A stretch of 63,910 bases of DNA, the filler included, from Phoronis australis (lineage: Eukaryota; Animalia; Phoronida), in NCBI GenBank assembly GCA_002633005.1. It is 5 parts of 5 records of this genome, joined end to end, with 100 filler letters (N's around TTAATTAATTAA, not from the genome) between each part and the next. Parts side by side here need not be neighbours in the genome. Positions count along the whole stretch, not along the records: positions 62,668 to 63,910 come from NMRA01000641.1; 4 more parts are not named here. One strand, given 5' to 3'. Under the pieces are notes generated by a model. It did no database searches. It was not told the DNA's origin and saw only the letters and a program-made list of their open reading frames with translations. Made by a program: the position numbers and the translations under genes. Shown here piece after piece: positions 63,332 to 63,910 of this stretch (positions are counted from its first letter, which is position 1; each line of letters begins with the position of its first letter).

Positions 63332-63651
63332 CAGACCTATAGATACTTACCATGTAGTAGCCCGTGCCCTTGATGGTCACGTGTCAGACCCAAAAGATAC
63401 TTACCATGTAGTAGCCCGTGCCCTTGATGGTCACGTGTCAGACCCAAAAGATACTTACCATGTAGTAGCCCGTGCCCTTGATGGTCACGTGTCAGACCCA
63501 TAGATACTTACCATGTAGTAGCCCGTGCCCTTGATGGTCACGTGTCAGACCTATAGATAATTACCATGTAGTAGCCCGTGCCCTTGATGGTCACGTGTCA
63601 GACCTATAGACACTTACCATGTGGTAACCCGTGCCCTTGATGGTCACGTGT
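63332..63651. repeat. 53/54-bp tandem repeat, 6 copies
   Basis: Unit cagacc(tata/caaaa)gatacttaccatgtagtagcccgtgcccttgatggtcacgtgt. Confidence 0.95.
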
Positions 63652-63721
63652 GAGAAAAACTCTAGGGTATGACAAGGTTGACTCTTGCAAACGCCGTAAG
63701 GCTGTGAGGCAGTCTCAATTT
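63618..63721 (-). CDS. Candidate exon of an unidentified gene (IETASQPYGVCKSQPCHTLEFFSHVTIKGTGYHM)
   Basis: ctttcag| acceptor and ATG|gtaagt donor; open in one frame only; no recognised homology. Confidence 0.35.
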
Positions 63722-63910
63722 CTGAAAGTTCAGAGTGGCGCTGAGAAACACAAGGATACCACTAGTGAACAGAATGAGGTTGAAGCAGTGCCTTTTAAGA
63801 AGAAAGATAACCAATCACCTCCAAAGCGACAAGGCTAGTGGTCAAAGTCCTGCTATTTCTGGGTGATAGTGCAGCATCCCAGGAATGCAAAATGTCTTGT
63901 GTGCGCCCCA

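Noticed and set aside
63332-63651. CRISPR-like array or U1 snRNA gene cluster
   Set aside because: Units are contiguous with no unique spacers and no cas genes. U1 similarity is limited to ATACTTACC, with no U1 body or Sm site.

Overview
Draft-assembly genomic DNA of an AT-rich, repeat-dense invertebrate animal, with spliceosomal GT-AG introns, seven long N-gaps and no prokaryotic features. Host genes were rebuilt by hand from splice sites. They are a complete 4-exon fatty-acid-binding-protein family gene (minus, 15063-17326, 133 aa), the 3' five exons of an SLC15A4-like peptide/histidine transporter (minus, 18944-26803), three kinase-domain exons of PIK3R4/Vps15 (plus, 48895-51193), and a CTHRC1 C-terminal-domain gene with no visible collagen repeat (minus, 54667-55761, 5' exons unresolved). 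Most of the rest is transposon debris: an APE-RT LINE split by a MITE, HERO-, L1/Tx1- and BEL-like relics, Sola3-, hAT-, ISL2EU(YqaJ)-, CACTA- and MULE-like DNA elements, MITEs and minisatellites. The most notable system is a set of three TTAA-flanked Kolobok-type elements (10926-11828, 31933-33873, 56461-58091). Two carry the 5' ends of a THAP transposase and a convergent KolX gene related to the P2X7 C-terminal zinc-binding domain; the third carries only the KolX start. Their termini contain CRE cores, with ETS and E2F motifs in some, suggesting a mirror-image promoter built into the terminal repeats. Family assignments come from remembered motifs; no database search was run.
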